Positions 9,540-19,609 of a stretch of 64,000 nt of DNA are shown here, piece by piece. The notes under the pieces were generated by a model. That model was not told the DNA's origin. It made no database searches and was given only the letters and a program-made list of their open reading frames with translations. A program made the position numbers and the translations under genes. Source of the stretch: an uncultured Methanosarcinales archaeon (GTDB lineage Archaea > Nanobdellota > Nanobdellia > Woesearchaeales > JASKKU01); NCBI GenBank assembly GCA_964416905.1, contig CAYQFL010000002.1, forward strand, positions 12,450 to 76,449. Reading direction: 5' to 3'. The number at the start of each line of letters is the position of its first letter. Position 1 is the first letter of the stretch.

Positions 9540-10238
9540 ATGCCTCAAATAGATGAGTGGATTAAACAAAAATTGTCTGAAGGGTTTTCGAAAGAGCAAA
9601 TAAAAAAAGCTTTGGTAGAAGAAGGGTTTGATCCAACTCTTGTTGATTTGGTTACCCAAGATAATAAAAAAAGCATTTCTCAATTAAAAAACAGGTTAAT
9701 TTTTCTAATAGTGATTTTATCAATTCTTGTTGTTTCATTGATAATCTTGCTTTTTGTGTTTGAGAACAATCCACAAAATTCGGATTCTTTAGTTGACAAA
9801 AACTTTGAGAATATAGAAACTCCTAATGCATTTTTGGATAAAGGTTTTTTCGTAAGCACTGATAAGATAAATTTTAACTTGGTTGATAACGATTTGATTT
9901 ATACTAATTTGAGTAACGAAACTTTAGATATCGTGGTCCTAAAAATATCAAAGTTTGAACAACCTTTAGATAAAACTGTTGAAAATATTGCTGAGAATAT
10001 GAACTCAAGTTACAGTTCTATATTTTTAAGAAAGTCTGATGTAACAATGCACAACAATCACAAAATGCTTTTACAAGAATATGTAATCATCGAACGCAAT
10101 TATAGGAAGATTATAAAGAATGCTTTTATTGATTACAACAACAACACCTTATACATAACCTATAAGTGTAATGAGAAGGATTTGCCAAGATGCGATGAAT
10201 TGTTTTTAGAATCAGTAGAACATGTTTCTTTAATTTAA
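9540..10238 (+). CDS. membrane-anchored protein with cytosolic N-terminal helical motif and extracellular domain (hypothetical)
   Basis: N-terminal WIKQKLSEGFSKEQIKKALVEEGFD motif, then one TM helix (LIFLIVILSILVVSLIILLFVF). Confidence 0.5.
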   Translation: MPQIDEWIKQKLSEGFSKEQIKKALVEEGFDPTLVDLVTQDNKKSISQLKNRLIFLIVILSILVVSLIILLFVFENNPQNSDSLVDKNFENIETPNAFLDKGFFVSTDKINFNLVDNDLIYTNLSNETLDIVVLKISKFEQPLDKTVENIAENMNSSYSSIFLRKSDVTMHNNHKMLLQEYVIIERNYRKIIKNAFIDYNNNTLYITYKCNEKDLPRCDELFLESVEHVSLI

Positions 10239-10246
10239 GAACATAA

Positions 10247-11197
10247 TTAATTAACAATATAAAAGTCTCCATCAAACTCTACAATTTTTACTTTTGAATT
10301 CAGTTTTATGTTCTTACTTAAAGGGTTTTTAACTCTAATTAATTCATAATTTTCATCTAGAACTTTTAACGGTCTCTTTGAAACAACCCTTGCTTTAAAC
10401 TTTGGCAATTTGAAATACTTGTCATTTTTGATTCGTGTTTCTTTAGCATTAAGAATGTCTAAAACTTTGTTCGTTTTGCCAGCGTTCAACAATTGGTATA
10501 TCCTGTCATTATAGAAAAACACATCACCTTTTTTCATCCTTAACGGCTTGTAAGCTATGTTTAACCTATAAACATCTTTGCTAGTCTGCCTATCTTTTGT
10601 GTGTATGCTCGCAGCTTCTTTTATGGAACCTCCAAATCTTTCAACAAGTTTTTCACCGATTCGTTTCATCTTTTTCTTGTCAATAACATAATAGTCAAAA
10701 CCTCTCTTGGTTTTCTTTTTCTGGCTAATCGGAACATTATCTTTTTCAAACAACTTTTCAGTAAATTCAACAATCTCTTCATCATCACTTAATAATTGGA
10801 ATACGCCTTCAAAATAATTGCTCGCTTTTTTTGAACACAACGAGCAAACAAATTTTTGGATAGGTATCTCAATTTCATAATTGTCTTCGAACTCTTTTGA
10901 GTCAACACTTGCTTTGAAAGTTATGTTTGCTAAAAAGTACTTTTCCAATTCTTCCAAGGAAACAGTTATATCTTTAATTGTATAGGAGTTATCTAAAGAC
11001 AGATGTTTTAATATTAACTTGTTTAGTTGCTCAGAACTTTTAATAGCTTTATTTCCATCAAAAAGCGAATTACATTTCACGCATTTGTTTATCGTGAAAG
11101 GTTTAACTTTCTTCAAGATAGGATGAATTTTTAAGAAACAATCTTCACAAAGGTTCTCAACCTTTGCTTCTTTCTTACCGCAATTAATACACTTCAT
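10247..11197 (-). CDS. Nmd3-like zinc-finger protein (ribosomal large subunit export/biogenesis factor homolog)
   Basis: N-terminal paired CxxC motifs (CINCG..CEDC..CVKC..CSLC) arranged as in the NMD3 family. About 316 aa. Confidence 0.5.
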   Translation of the reverse strand: MKCINCGKKEAKVENLCEDCFLKIHPILKKVKPFTINKCVKCNSLFDGNKAIKSSEQLNKLILKHLSLDNSYTIKDITVSLEELEKYFLANITFKASVDSKEFEDNYEIEIPIQKFVCSLCSKKASNYFEGVFQLLSDDEEIVEFTEKLFEKDNVPISQKKKTKRGFDYYVIDKKKMKRIGEKLVERFGGSIKEAASIHTKDRQTSKDVYRLNIAYKPLRMKKGDVFFYNDRIYQLLNAGKTNKVLDILNAKETRIKNDKYFKLPKFKARVVSKRPLKVLDENYELIRVKNPLSKNIKLNSKVKIVEFDGDFYIVN

Positions 11198-11214
11198 CAG
11201 AAAGAGTGTTAAGC

Positions 11215-11820
11215 TCAGATATTAAATATTTTTCTTACAATAATAACCGTTGTTGCTGCCGCAAGAGGAATTATGAAATTATCGTTTACACTGTTTTTAT
11301 TAATCTCCCATTCCAGATATTCAGCAACGCTGCCGCCTATTGCAGCAAACAAACCATAAACAGGTCCAATGAATATTGACGCACCTAACCAAGATATTAT
11401 TGCACCAATAACATTACCAAACAACCTTTTTTTGTACAAATCTTTTCTTTCGTTGTAGTATGTCCTCAAGATGCTTGCAATAGAATCACTAAATGTTAAA
11501 ACCCAAATAGATGCGAGAGCTAAATCTTTATCAAATAACTTGTAAGTAAGCAATACTCCAAAAACAAAGAAAATAGCACCCTGACCTGGCAGTTTCTCTA
11601 AATCTTCTTTCCTGTCAAACATCAATAACATTTCTTTTATGAACGGAATATCGTAGTGTCTTGACATCAAGGATAAAAAGACGCCGAAAACTAAGATTAA
11701 GAATATCTGCATAGCATTTATCAGATCTAAGCCAATAACAAAAATGAAAAACAAACCTACTAAGATGTGCAATGTTTTCCTTCGGATTTCAAATTTTGTT
11801 TTTTTAAAATCCTTCTTCAT
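11215..11820 (-). CDS. polytopic membrane protein, dolichol/polyprenol kinase-like (COG0170-like)
   Basis: About 6 TM helices. SDSIASILR..KRLFGNVIGA loosely fits the CTP-dependent polyprenol kinase signature. Confidence 0.35.
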   Translation of the reverse strand: MKKDFKKTKFEIRRKTLHILVGLFFIFVIGLDLINAMQIFLILVFGVFLSLMSRHYDIPFIKEMLLMFDRKEDLEKLPGQGAIFFVFGVLLTYKLFDKDLALASIWVLTFSDSIASILRTYYNERKDLYKKRLFGNVIGAIISWLGASIFIGPVYGLFAAIGGSVAEYLEWEINKNSVNDNFIIPLAAATTVIIVRKIFNI

Positions 11821-13120
11821 TTTTTATCAACGATTCATTAATTTTGTAGGTTTTAAAATCTTTGATATTCTGAAGAAACCGTTTATCTTTCACAAGCTCT
11901 TCAACATAATCAAAAGGGTTTGTAAACTCTCGTTCAATTTCCGCATAAAACCTGTTGTCTTTTAGGAAAACTTTATCTTTATACTTTGACTTGAAATCAT
12001 TTATGTTCTTTGCATAAATCTCTTCGTTTGGCGGACCTAAAATAATTTTCTTTTTTGATAACTTTTTGTTATCAAACGTGAAAAAGAAATAAACATCGTT
12101 CTTCTTGTCCCAGTCAAAAAAACAATCCAAAATCTTAAACTCTTTCTTTTCCAAACTTTCTTTTAAAAACTCAAACGACTTAAACGCTTTAGTCCCAGCA
12201 ACATCTTTGCTTTTTTCATCTAATGGTTTAACTTGAAAAATGATTCCTGGATTATTACCTATTCTTTGCTTTGCAGATCCCAAATCTAAAAACTTAATCT
12301 CAAAGAAATCCTTGCTAGGATTCTCAAGGAATTGTTTGCATACTTCAATAAACTTGATTACATTCTCTTTGCTTATTGCCGCAGCAGCGTTCCTCTCCTT
12401 TATGATTGGGTCAATTACGATAAACTCGTTTTTAATTTTGTCTTTGTTCAAGAAAAAGATTGGGTTTAATCCTCGATAATGGTTTTCTATATCAATCACT
12501 ACAGGAAAACTCCATTCTGTTGCAGCAAGAATTAGTTTTGTGAAAGAACCATAATATGCGATTAAAATATCAACTACATGACCTGAAAAACCTCTGATGT
12601 AAGATTCAGCTCCGTAAAGTTTTTGAGCCTTTAAGAAAACTTTAGCTACTTTAATTTCATTAGGCAGTTCAGGATTTTTTTCTTTCATCTCTTTAAACCA
12701 AATAACGTGGAATGGCGAGACATCTGTTGTGTTTAAAGCCTCTTTAGGATCTTTTATCAAGTATACAGGTACAACCTCAAAAGATATCCCTTTGTAATCA
12801 AAATTAAAATAATCCCTCGAGCCATGTATTCTTTTAGGTTTAAATTTGCTTATTAGCTTCTCACTTAAATCAGATAATTCGTTCTCAGGATATTGTTTAT
12901 CAAACCTTAAGAAGATATCGCAATCAAAATCATTACCTAAAAACGTAGATTTCGCATAAGAACCTCCAAGAAAAACTTCTACTTTTATACCCTGTTTTTT
13001 AACTTCTTTTTCAATTTCTTTTATAACTTCTTTTATTGGCTCGTCATTAATTTCTACATTCAATTGGTTTTTAACCGCTTTTACAATCTCCTTGATTTTT
13101 GCAACATTCTTTTTGTTCAT
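11804..13120 (-). CDS. cca: archaeal class I CCA-adding tRNA nucleotidyltransferase
   Basis: GGSYAKSTFL..DFDCDIF nucleotidyltransferase motif. About 438 aa, typical of archaeal CCA enzyme. Confidence 0.85.
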   Translation of the reverse strand: MNKKNVAKIKEIVKAVKNQLNVEINDEPIKEVIKEIEKEVKKQGIKVEVFLGGSYAKSTFLGNDFDCDIFLRFDKQYPENELSDLSEKLISKFKPKRIHGSRDYFNFDYKGISFEVVPVYLIKDPKEALNTTDVSPFHVIWFKEMKEKNPELPNEIKVAKVFLKAQKLYGAESYIRGFSGHVVDILIAYYGSFTKLILAATEWSFPVVIDIENHYRGLNPIFFLNKDKIKNEFIVIDPIIKERNAAAAISKENVIKFIEVCKQFLENPSKDFFEIKFLDLGSAKQRIGNNPGIIFQVKPLDEKSKDVAGTKAFKSFEFLKESLEKKEFKILDCFFDWDKKNDVYFFFTFDNKKLSKKKIILGPPNEEIYAKNINDFKSKYKDKVFLKDNRFYAEIEREFTNPFDYVEELVKDKRFLQNIKDFKTYKINESLIKNEEGF

Positions 13121-13274
13121 TTTTGAGGATTTCCTTTAAAAGACAAAGTTAAAGTAAGCGATTTTTTATATAAAGGTTTTGAATAATCGAGGATGCTATT
13201 GCTTTTATCACATTAGTGCTAGGTACAATAATCAAAAAATTTATATTTCATTATTTTTCCTTAACTTAGAAGTT

Positions 13275-13347
13275 GGGCCCGTAGTCTAGTGGCTATGACG
13301 TCTCTTTGACGTGGAGAAGGTCCCCAGTTCGAATCTGGGCGGGCCCA
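13275..13347 (+). tRNA. tRNA-Val (anticodon GAC)
   Basis: Cloverleaf folded by hand: acceptor GGGCCCG/CGGGCCC, anticodon stem TCTCT/GGAGA, loop TTGACGT, T-loop GTTCGAATC, discriminator A. AT-rich TATA-like box about 25 bp upstream. Confidence 0.85.
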
Positions 13348-13621
13348 TTTCCATTCTCAATGTGATTTGTTATGAAATGCAAATGGTTTTCGGTTTGTCC
13401 TCTAAGAAAGTATGAGCAAGAAGGCGTTATTGATGGTAGTTTTAGGACAAAATACTGCGAAGGTAACTTTCTCTCGTGTAAACGATTCCAATTAGAAGAA
13501 AAGAATATCGCTCATCCAGATAATTTGATGCCTGATGGCAGTTATTTGTAAAACTGATTCCTTAAACTAAGAAAATCACAAATCAAAAGATTTTTTATAT
13601 AACAAGAATATTCTGTTTATT

Positions 13622-13942
13622 ATGAATTATGAAAATCTATCTGAAAATCAAAAGAAGGTTTTAGAAATCCTTAAAGGAGTTTATGACCCTGAGATTCATG
13701 TTAATCTTGTAGATTTGGGCCTTGTTTATGATATTATTTTTGATGAGGAGAATAAAAACATCAAGATAATTCTTGGTTTAACCACACCTTTTTGTCCTTT
13801 GGCCCCGATGATTTTAGGAGAAGCTAGAGAATCCGTAAGAATGGCTTTTGAAGGTTACGATGTTGAAGTTGAGTATGATTTGGAACGTGTTTGGAACCCT
13901 GATATGATGAACCAGGATGTTCGTAATGATTTAGGTTTATAA
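13622..13942 (+). CDS. DUF59/MIP18-family Fe-S cluster assembly protein (SufT-like)
   Basis: VYDPEIHVNLVDLGLVYDI and conserved Cys (TPFCPLAP). Confidence 0.7.
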   Translation: MNYENLSENQKKVLEILKGVYDPEIHVNLVDLGLVYDIIFDEENKNIKIILGLTTPFCPLAPMILGEARESVRMAFEGYDVEVEYDLERVWNPDMMNQDVRNDLGL

Positions 13943-13954
13943 TTCGCTTTGAAT

Positions 13955-14851
13955 TTAAAATCGAAGTTTCATAAAATCGTAAGCCGCAACTGTTTTTGGA
14001 AATATGCCTTTAGCGTTTTCTAGTAAGCTACTAACATCATCATACCTCTGCGAGAAATGAAATAACACAAGCTTTTTCGCGTTTGCCTGCGATGCAATTA
14101 ACGCAGCATCTTTACAGGTTAGATGCAACCTTTTCCTTGCCTTTTCTTCTAAGTCCGCATCAAAAGTCGATTCACTTATTAAGATGTCAGCGTCTTTTGC
14201 TATTAAGTAAGTGTTATCACAAATGGTTGTATCAGCTATATAACCTATTTTCTTGCCCTCTATGAAAATACCTACATCTTCAGGCGTTATGGTTTTTCCG
14301 TTAACCTTAATACTTTCTCCGTTCTTTAGTTTTTGCAGATGTGGACCTTCTTTAAGGTTGAACTTTTTGAGTTTTTGCTTGTCCAAATTTATTCTTGCTT
14401 TTTCGACAAACTCGAAGCCGTAACATTTTATGCTGTGCTGGAGCTCTCTAGCAACAACAAAATAATCGTCATTTTCATAGATTGTTCCATCCTCTTTGAT
14501 TTCTTTAATTATCATATTGAACTCTCTCTCAAAAGGAAATATCTCTAACAACTTTTTGACCCTTTCCCCAGTTGTTTCAGGACCGAAGATCATAAGCTCG
14601 CCGTTATAATCATTGGCTGCTAAAGTTTGTAACAACCCTGGCAATCCTAGAACATGGTCTCCATGCCAATGAGATATGAAAATCTTAGTAATCTTGTTAC
14701 TACTAAGCTTAGCATACTTCAACTGCCTCTGTGTACCTTCTCCGCAATCAAAAAGCAATAATTCTTTGTTGTACCTTATTACAAACGAAGGATGGTTCCT
14801 TTCTTTAGTTGGAGCCATTGATGACGTTCCAAGGAAGATTATCTCTTTCAT
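13955..14851 (-). CDS. rnz: ribonuclease Z (tRNA 3' endonuclease), metallo-beta-lactamase fold
   Basis: ISHWHGDH motif. About 300 aa, typical of short-form RNase Z. Confidence 0.85.
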   Translation of the reverse strand: MKEIIFLGTSSMAPTKERNHPSFVIRYNKELLLFDCGEGTQRQLKYAKLSSNKITKIFISHWHGDHVLGLPGLLQTLAANDYNGELMIFGPETTGERVKKLLEIFPFEREFNMIIKEIKEDGTIYENDDYFVVARELQHSIKCYGFEFVEKARINLDKQKLKKFNLKEGPHLQKLKNGESIKVNGKTITPEDVGIFIEGKKIGYIADTTICDNTYLIAKDADILISESTFDADLEEKARKRLHLTCKDAALIASQANAKKLVLFHFSQRYDDVSSLLENAKGIFPKTVAAYDFMKLRF

Positions 14852-14973
14852 TCTTTCATTAAGATTCTGAGAAAACTATTTAAATCTTTATGAAAAATCA
14901 GTTTTAGATTATCTTAAAAAGCTTAATCTATAAAAAGTTTTAAAAATCTCACCCAATAAACCTTTTTTGCTGT

Positions 14974-15084
14974 GGGGACATGGTGTAACCAGGCAGCACA
15001 GCTGGCTCCAGATTTTTGGAGCGTTGAGCTTTTTGCTATGAAAGAAGAAACCAGCTGATCAGGGTTCAAATCCCTGTGTCCCCA
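14974..15084 (+). tRNA. tRNA-Trp (anticodon CCA) containing a ~38-nt intron at the canonical 37/38 position
   Basis: Acceptor GGGGACA/TGTCCCC. D-stem GTGT/GCAC. Anticodon stem GCTGG (15001-15005) pairs with CCAGC (15051-15055). Loop CTCCAGA. Intron about 15012-15049. T-arm CAGGG-TTCAAAT-CCCTG. Discriminator A. Confidence 0.8.
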
Positions 15085-15128
15085 CCTTTTTATATCTTAA
15101 AGAATTCGTAGAAAGAAAAAATAAGAAA

Positions 15129-16529
15129 TTAATAAATTTCTTCCTCTTCACCACTTAATTCAACGGTTGTTTCCGCACTTTCTATTTCATGGAAATCTAC
15201 ACAGAAATCGTTTCTTAAAAATCGCAATCCATCCTCATTCAAGTCATTTAAACTTCCCAAATATCTCATACATAATTTGTCGAGCTTCTTGGTTCTGTAA
15301 TATACTGCATTAGAATAAAAATATGGCTCTGAAAGTGTAATATCTTTTTCACGATTTTCGTCATCATTAAGATTTAAGTAAACTGTTGTGCCCGAATCAG
15401 TTATAGCAAATACAGAGATCTTAACAGAACTGTCGCTATTAAGTATGTTCGATTTTAATATTGCATCAGGACTAATACCAAAGCTGTATCTATAATAATA
15501 AACTTTTTCTCCATCTTTAGTTCTTACTAACTGTTTTTTCGCATCTAAGAATAGCGCAGCATTTCCACCTTTATTCATAACTCTTGTTCCTGGCTCATTG
15601 TTTTCGAGCTCGATATTATATATACCCTTGCATATAGTTGAAGGCAGATCCGAGAAATCATTTAGAAAACTTATAACAGGCGCCATTGATCCAAGCCATT
15701 CATTATGTGTGTCTTTCAAGCTAGGAAAGACTCCTTCAAGATAATTGAAGGCTGTTCTTAAAGCTTTGAAACTAGTAGAATAAACTCTAATTTTATCTTT
15801 CCAGTCCAAGTCTGCTGTAAGATTTGTTTTTATTTTGTTCTTTTCAATCTGTTCTTTATTAAGGGTAATTTCTTTTTCTTCTCCAGTTTCGGGATCTCTG
15901 ACTTTTACTTTTATTTCATAAACTTTCTTAAAATCATCAACTTTGTAGTCAGTTATTTCCTCTACATTATAAGTTTCGTCGCCAATTTTTATCGTATCCG
16001 GTATGTTTGTTATGCTTACATTGTATATATAACCATCCATTTCAAAACCTTTAAAGATGTCTTCAGGAGGTTTCGTTTCTTCGTCTTCAGTTTTATCACT
16101 AGCACTTTCTGTGTTTAGAGCTTCTTTAGAAGCTATTTCAGCGACCGTAGCACTCATTGAATTGAAAAGTTCCAAACAAGTATCGTCACACGAAAACAAA
16201 TCTTCTAAATCGGTAATCATCTCCTCAGGGCTTTTTTTCTCAGTGGTAGATTCTTTAGTAGTGCTTCCAGAATCAGCACTATCATCGGTAGGGGTAGCAC
16301 TATTATCTGAAGTTTGAGACTCTAACTCCTCGAGATTTCGTACCACGGCATTTATTTTATCATTAACACTGGCATCACTATAACTTAGATATTGTAGCAA
16401 TTTTTTAGTTGCTTCTTCGCTAACTATAATGTGGTTAGAATCATCACTCTTAACAAAACGTAAATCTATTATTAACAAACTTATAATAAACAATATTACA
16501 AAAATTTTTGATTTGTTTTGAAATTTCAT
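15129..16529 (-). CDS. secreted acidic protein (hypothetical), N-terminal signal peptide
   Basis: Signal/TM MKFQNKSKIFVILFIISLLIIDL. Ser/Thr/Asp/Glu-rich linker. Last gene of a 3-gene operon. Confidence 0.55.
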   Translation of the reverse strand: MKFQNKSKIFVILFIISLLIIDLRFVKSDDSNHIIVSEEATKKLLQYLSYSDASVNDKINAVVRNLEELESQTSDNSATPTDDSADSGSTTKESTTEKKSPEEMITDLEDLFSCDDTCLELFNSMSATVAEIASKEALNTESASDKTEDEETKPPEDIFKGFEMDGYIYNVSITNIPDTIKIGDETYNVEEITDYKVDDFKKVYEIKVKVRDPETGEEKEITLNKEQIEKNKIKTNLTADLDWKDKIRVYSTSFKALRTAFNYLEGVFPSLKDTHNEWLGSMAPVISFLNDFSDLPSTICKGIYNIELENNEPGTRVMNKGGNAALFLDAKKQLVRTKDGEKVYYYRYSFGISPDAILKSNILNSDSSVKISVFAITDSGTTVYLNLNDDENREKDITLSEPYFYSNAVYYRTKKLDKLCMRYLGSLNDLNEDGLRFLRNDFCVDFHEIESAETTVELSGEEEEIY

Positions 16530-16537
16530 TATATCAC

Positions 16538-19500
16538 CTACTTACTAAATACTTCTCCCTCTTCATCTTCAGACGGCAAACTATTGTCAACATCATTACT
16601 ATAACCACTGTCTTCATAATCACCAAATATTTGTTCATACTTTGCAAGCACTTCTGCAGCATAGCCTTCGCCAAAGTCTTTAAACTGATTAGTTAATTCT
16701 TGCACCTGATAAATAGAGTTTATCGCATCACTAATACTCGATAGGTATTTAGTTACTCCAATAATATATGTGTGCGGCAGTGGTGATAATGTTAAAGTAA
16801 GGCTTATTGCCGCGCTTAATGGATCTTCTAAGCTTTCTGCAACGAGACCCAACCCATTAAAAATATCAGACCAGAGAGCATGTACGCCTGGCATAAATCG
16901 TGCAAGGCCTCCTTCAATAACTCCGCCCAAAATGTTCTCGCAATAATATTGGCTAGCCAGATTATCACATACATAGAGAGGAGTGCCTGTTTCAACGCCA
17001 TTCAAATAACAGCCAAGTCGCGCAGTTTCAATATAATACACTTGTGATAATGTATTGATAGCCGCTGGCCAAAGACAACCATTACCGATAGCAAGAATAA
17101 GGTTTTTTGTTGGATCAGGGCACGAGGTCAAACCTTCAATATAAAAATCAGAAGCTTTTATTGCATTGCATACTTTTTCTTTTGTATTTGAACATTGGAT
17201 ACCATCACAGAATTTCCCCAAGGCTTCAGTAAGTGCTTTATGAACTTCATTGTTGTCTGTTGCTGCTGATATTACTCCTGCATTTACTCCTGGAATTGCT
17301 GTGACTGCAATAGCCGTGACATCAAAAGCATATGTTGCTTTACTGTATGTGTTATAAACCGAGCATCCCGTTTCGACCATTTTATAAATTGGTAAAACAT
17401 GCTTTCCGAATAAATCATTAAATCCTTTTACCCATTCATATTTTGATTTAATTTTGTCAAAAACAGCATCACGACTTTCTCCTAAACTACCATCATAAAA
17501 TTTTAAAGTGAACTTCACTTTTTCAGACTCAGGATTAACAGTAACTGTTTGTCCTCTATGAGTCTTTATAGCAAAAGTGCAGTTTATATCTTTAGAATAT
17601 TCATCGATAGAAGTTCCAGCAGGGATTTTAATAACAAAAGTTATCGTCTTGCTTCCAGGTAAAGCATCATTTTGATATAGTGGTATAACTTCTACATTCA
17701 TATCAGACTCACAGTCTTCAATCTCAAACGAAACCATGTGCTGATTATTTGCTCTTGCTTTAAACTCAACATCTGCAAAAGCGTAAAGATTTAATTTCTC
17801 AGATAAGCTTCTGTCAATCTTATCTGGAGAAATGGTTATTTCCCCAATGCTCCAAAAATCAGTGGAAGGATTTTCATTTCTTCGATACACATTGATCAAA
17901 ACATTTTCATATAAACTGTTGTTTGCATTGTCATAAATTCTTAAAGGTACTTCCTCACTACATTCCATTGCGTTACTAATGTAAATTTCACAACTAAAAT
18001 TTTTTGAATCCAGCTTTTCGCATTCAGTTCTATAAATAGAATCATCTCCATTTACCTTAGAAAAGTTAGCTTCTACATACAGGTTTTCAGAAAAGTCTTG
18101 AGCAACAAACCTGATTTTTACCGAATCACCTTCTTTAATAAACAACTCGCCGTCTTGATTTGTAATGTTCATCTCGCCAACAATGTTAGGCTTATCTAAA
18201 TCAATGATAAAGTTTTTACCGGTGGTTGATTCAACAGAATTATTGCAATCATCTTTTGTATTTGAAGTGACAGCTATATTAACTGCTTGTTCATTATAAT
18301 ATCTTGAAGGATTTATGTCGTTAAATAAACAAATCCATTCATTATTTTCGTTATAACACTCGTCAGCTCGTTTACTTCCAAAAGCAACGCTTGAGATGTA
18401 AGCGTTTCTATTATGAAAACCACAACCCTCTTCATAAAAATATACCGCTATTGTTGAACCAGATGTCAAATAATTAGCCTCATCAATAGAAGTTATTGCT
18501 TTAATCTCATTAACAACTGGCCTTGTTTTGTCAACAAATAAATCGTAAGTGCCTTCATAATTCGCAGAATTGCCGCTTCTATCTTGTGCTTTTATTGCAT
18601 ATCTTAAGACATAATTTGATTCAGGGTGTGATAATGTGAAACTAAAAGGTACAAAATAACATTTAAACGATTCACCTGTCTTTTCACAAGAGCTCATAAC
18701 ATTTTTGAAATCATAAATGTTTTCGCCATTTTCAAAGATGGAAAAGTTTCCCCTTAGAAGAATTTGATCTGATTTATCCGTTGCTTCTATGAATGGAACC
18801 ACGGTGTAAACTTTGTTCTGTTGTACATATGGTCCAATGACTCCTTGTCTATCTTGCGTGAGCAAAGAAAAACCCTCTGTTTTAACTTCTGGAGGGTTAT
18901 CATCAACACTTATGTTCTCGCAAACAGGCTCAGAGGCTTTTCCAAAGAAATCTACAACTGTAAGACAAACTTGATTCACTGATTCGAAATCAGATTCGCT
19001 AAAAGAACTTATAGGAACAGCTATGTTATTCTGCAAAAAACTACAAATTCCGCTTTGCCCATACAATGGCATTTCATAACTAGAACCTGTATTAAAAGTC
19101 AATTTTACACTTTTAAGTCCGGCGCATTTTGAACTTACTCTGGACTTATCCAATGCATCCAATGAGAATACAAGGTCTTGTGAAGAAGTAATATGCTTTT
19201 TCGCAACAAAAAACTTATTCACAACAGGTGGTTTATCATCTAAACAAACATCAAAAATTTTCTTATAAGTGCTATCGTTGCCATAGTATACATAATGGTT
19301 TTCACATTTTTCAGCCATTAACCAACCCAAATTTACTGAACATTCATAACTCTGAGTATCAATATCTTTTTCAACACATTCTGCACCCAGTAAATTTGCA
19401 GGAATATCATCGATTTTTAGATTACTGATGTTAAATGAATTCACATAAGAAATAGTAATATTTAGAATAATGTTGTCAGTGTAACTTTCGACAACCCCCT

Positions 19501-19609
19501 CTGCACCTTTAGAACTAAATACTTTCAGCTCGAGATTGTATGCTAAACCAACATTAGTAAGCCACAATATTGAAACTACAATTGCCAGTAAAACAGCTAG
19601 CTTTTTCAT
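16538..19609 (-). CDS. large (1023 aa) Cys-rich secreted surface protein (hypothetical)
   Basis: Signal peptide MKKLAVLLAIVVSILWLTNVGLA. Many Cys and NxS/T sequons. 4-nt overlap with the upstream gene. Confidence 0.6.
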   Translation of the reverse strand: MKKLAVLLAIVVSILWLTNVGLAYNLELKVFSSKGAEGVVESYTDNIILNITISYVNSFNISNLKIDDIPANLLGAECVEKDIDTQSYECSVNLGWLMAEKCENHYVYYGNDSTYKKIFDVCLDDKPPVVNKFFVAKKHITSSQDLVFSLDALDKSRVSSKCAGLKSVKLTFNTGSSYEMPLYGQSGICSFLQNNIAVPISSFSESDFESVNQVCLTVVDFFGKASEPVCENISVDDNPPEVKTEGFSLLTQDRQGVIGPYVQQNKVYTVVPFIEATDKSDQILLRGNFSIFENGENIYDFKNVMSSCEKTGESFKCYFVPFSFTLSHPESNYVLRYAIKAQDRSGNSANYEGTYDLFVDKTRPVVNEIKAITSIDEANYLTSGSTIAVYFYEEGCGFHNRNAYISSVAFGSKRADECYNENNEWICLFNDINPSRYYNEQAVNIAVTSNTKDDCNNSVESTTGKNFIIDLDKPNIVGEMNITNQDGELFIKEGDSVKIRFVAQDFSENLYVEANFSKVNGDDSIYRTECEKLDSKNFSCEIYISNAMECSEEVPLRIYDNANNSLYENVLINVYRRNENPSTDFWSIGEITISPDKIDRSLSEKLNLYAFADVEFKARANNQHMVSFEIEDCESDMNVEVIPLYQNDALPGSKTITFVIKIPAGTSIDEYSKDINCTFAIKTHRGQTVTVNPESEKVKFTLKFYDGSLGESRDAVFDKIKSKYEWVKGFNDLFGKHVLPIYKMVETGCSVYNTYSKATYAFDVTAIAVTAIPGVNAGVISAATDNNEVHKALTEALGKFCDGIQCSNTKEKVCNAIKASDFYIEGLTSCPDPTKNLILAIGNGCLWPAAINTLSQVYYIETARLGCYLNGVETGTPLYVCDNLASQYYCENILGGVIEGGLARFMPGVHALWSDIFNGLGLVAESLEDPLSAAISLTLTLSPLPHTYIIGVTKYLSSISDAINSIYQVQELTNQFKDFGEGYAAEVLAKYEQIFGDYEDSGYSNDVDNSLPSEDEEGEVFSK

